From assembly GCF_000143415.4 (NCBI RefSeq), contig NW_003314273.1:1312074-1376073 (forward strand): a stretch of 64,000 nt of DNA. Direction: 5' to 3'. A model generated the notes under the pieces. The model saw only the letters and a list, made by a program, of their open reading frames with translations. It was not told the origin of the DNA and did no database searches. Shown here piece by piece: positions 61,401-64,000 of the stretch; the first letter of the stretch is position 1, and each line of letters begins with the position of its first letter. Source of the stretch: Selaginella moellendorffii. Lineage: Eukaryota; Plantae; Lycopodiophyta. The position numbers and the translations under genes were made by a program.

Positions 61401-62126
61401 TGGAAGTCAGTACCTGACCTCCTGTATCCGAGTCACGTCCAAGTTCCATGTTCTCCCCACGAACAAGTCCATGTAAGCTAAACCAACGTAAGTAAAATTC
61501 AGATCCACATGGCGTACCTGATCAAGACAATATACAGACACTTGTCTTTGTGCTGTCCTTCATTGAAACTTTTCCGCACATCTGTCTCGGAGCTATTTCT
61601 TGAGAGCCTAGTTCCAGCTATATCTGAATGTAGGTCTGCCTCTGGATGATCCTCGCACAAATCATCCGCAGCATCTTTTCGCCCTTGCTCATGCTCAAAG
61701 TGACGGTCTGCAACTCTTTGTGTATTTGCCCACTCAATCTGAGAAGAACTTCTGATGCTTCGTTAAAACATTTGCACCAAACCTGTTTTCTCTTGCGGCT
61801 TATATGCCATATCCTCCAACATAAATTCTCAAGCCGTGCACTCCTCTCTTTTGAGTTCCTACAAACAGTTGCCTGTAATAAAGAGAAGAGTTACTTATTT
61901 TTCCGTTACTCTTCAGTTTTGGTACCTTCATCCACGTCTGATGAATGTCGGTCTCATCGAAGCCCGAGACAACCTCCTGGATGAAATATTTAGTAGCATT
62001 CACAGCAACAATTCTTCGAGCAGGACTACTTTCTAATAGACGCTGCTGCTGATAGTCAATTGTTCCAGCAGTTCCTGTGTCCAATATTGCTTCCAAATAG
62101 CCATTAATCCACTCATTCCCCGCCAT
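58436..62126 (-). CDS. SPS: Sucrose-phosphate synthase (multi-exon, short introns)
   Basis: Start [16 protein letters not shown]; [10 protein letters not shown]; [14 protein letters not shown]; [11 protein letters not shown]; [23 protein letters not shown]; [10 protein letters not shown]; [18 protein letters not shown]; [13 protein letters not shown]; VAYPKHHKQ; and the HAD-like C-terminal domain [10 protein letters not shown] ... [16 protein letters not shown] introns of about 45-60 nt. Confidence 0.97.
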
Positions 62127-62234
62127 AAATAGATTTTGTTGCAAGAATGACAAGCTTTTAGGGTAAATCAGAACCGTTCTGAAGCTTACGTGTGTGACAA
62201 AGTGAAATGGAATTAAAGTTAACATTATTTCTAT

Positions 62235-62441
62235 TCATTGATGCTGTTCAATCCGCCCTTGTCTAAACTTCTGCCTCCCATTTTGTGCACTTTCTTTTCG
62301 ACAAGCCATTCTTGAAATCCCTGCAGCAAGAAGTGATCTCATCTGAGGGTCTGTCATTTTGAGTAATCGCATTACCTTAAGCCACGAAATGAGTTTTGCT
62401 TCACATTGCAGCAACAGCTTTCGCACGTTATCATCCTCAGT

Positions 62442-62488
<47 letters not shown>

Positions 62489-64000
62489 GTGAGCAACCTG
62501 TGACAACCAAGACTTTACATACATTGTACATCTCCCCCTCGTGAATCTTATCCACGAGCCTTTTAGTTCCTCGAATAACGGAGATTAAAGAGGAAGCTCG
62601 CTGTCGCGTCCCAAACTTGTGAATTTTATTCATCAGTCGCTTTGTTCCTTCGACCATTTTCTTTAAGGTATCACCAAGAGCCCCTTTCTTTCTTCGCTGG
62701 CTAGTTGCACTAGGCTCGGGTCCAATTTGCCCAGCGATTTTCCATTTCATTTTCTGAATTCTCTCTTGTAAACTCTACATAGGGGAGTTGAGGATTAACG
62801 AGAAGCACATGATTTTCTCACCTTAGCAGACAGAGTTCCACTTTTCAGTTGATCAACAAGCTCTTTTAGCTCACTTGTAAGGTGGTCTAGGTAATCGCTG
62901 TTTCTCCGCAAGGTGACTACATAGTGAAATAATTCCTTCATTGTTGGAAAGCTCAAAGCTGATAATATTAACGGGGACACCTCGTGAATTTGACCAAGTG
63001 TAGCGATGTTCCTAGGAAGATCAGGCTGTACCATGCTGCAAGGGTCAGCGGGATAAATGCACCTGGTAGCAAATATACCTCACTGAACAAATTATGATAT
63101 CTAACCCCAATTGGAAACTGCGCTCGCATCATCTGCAAATGCACCACATAAATTTAAATTCTACGGAATCCAGATGCACACAGCAAAAGAATCACGGCAC
63201 GTTTATGTAAATAAAAACCTTACCTACTTCTTCCAGTGCCGATCTTGATTCCTCTCTCGNNNNNNNNNNNNNNNNNNNNNNNNNNNNNNNNNNNNNNNNN
63301 NNNNNNNNNNNNNNNNNNNNNNNNNNNNNNNNNNNNNNNNNNNNNNNNNNNNNNNNNNNGGCGTCATAATACATAAGTGCCATTTGCTCGTACTCCTCTT
63401 CTCTACGCCTTGATGTTCTACCCAGGGTGTCCATCTACAGCGTACTGACAGTTAACTAAATTAGCGATTGGACAGGAACAACCTGGCTGTTGTAGATAGC
63501 TCTCTCATCGCATATGGGCTTTAAAGTTGCTTCGTAGCTGCTCTTTAGTTCACGAGCTTCTTTAAGGCCTAGTACCGCTTGCTCAAGTGTTTCTTCCAGA
63601 GCTCGTAGCTTGACAAGTGGAGCTGTGTTGTTGTCCAATGCCTGTTCGCAGTCCACTTGTGCAGATTTTGTGTTCGTTTTTTGACTTTCCAGCTGTCAGT
63701 CACAGTTTAAAACACGATCGTGCACACAGCAGATTGCTCACCATAACCTCCGTAACAATGGACCTGTGTCTCTGCTCGTCATAACACTTACGAAGAGCTG
63801 CCACACGATCCCCGAGTCTTCTCAAGTCGGAGCGACCCAAAGCACATCTTTCTTGTTCTAGCAACGAATTAAGAGTTGCACGAAGCTGCTTGTTCTCGAG
63901 CTTTGCAGCCGCTATAAGTACCTTGTTTCTCTTAATTTTGATTTGTGAAGCATCGTAGTAGGCCTTGCCACCAACTCCTGCAGACATTGGGAAATTCTTT
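62235..64000 (-). CDS. Multi-exon gene for an uncharacterised, probably coiled-coil protein; 5' end likely near or beyond the window edge
   Basis: A series of same-strand helical, E/K/L/R-rich ORF segments (63987-63700, 63656-63456, 63434-63192, 63034-62795, 62750-62235) separated by short GT-AG-like gaps. It contains an assembly gap. Confidence 0.55.
62444..62486. repeat. (GA)n microsatellite, probably the intronic polypyrimidine tract of the minus-strand gene
   Basis: About 21 GA units, immediately followed on the minus strand by CAG. Confidence 0.95.
63260..63359. other. Assembly gap (100 N)
   Basis: Run of N. Confidence 1.

Noticed and set aside
63456-63987. Assignment of the coiled-coil gene to a ciliary/axonemal docking-complex family
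   Set aside because: The resemblance is only generic coiled-coil composition, and no diagnostic motif was recognised.

Overview
Land-plant genomic DNA. The roughly 45-60 nt introns and the sucrose-phosphate synthase gene suggest a compact-genome lycophyte such as Selaginella, which is an inference. Positions ~2.1-56.5 kb are a nested transposon cluster. It holds at least three Ty3/Gypsy families, one Ty1/Copia inserted in a decayed EnSpm/CMC-type DNA transposase, and a very young non-coding 7.7-kb LARD-like element with apparently identical 1763-bp LTRs. Most nesting relationships can be read from LTR termini, PBS, PPT and target-site duplications (TSDs). The left end carries two tandem, intronless, pseudogenised paralogs that resemble Evf/Cyt-type toxins. 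The right end carries an intact SPS gene and a coiled-coil gene spanning an N-gap. The most striking observation is that the chromovirus 'family 2' integrase is interrupted by short GT-AG spliceosomal introns, inside the HPQTDGQ motif and in the GPY/F module. Intron 2 recurs in three copies, two of them TSD-flanked insertions, so these introns appear to survive retrotransposition. The same family has a dense 3'-UTR hairpin array with tRNA T-loop-like hairpins. The LARD-like element shares this array and has inserted exactly at the 3' splice site of one intron. All comparisons were made by eye, and no database searches were run.
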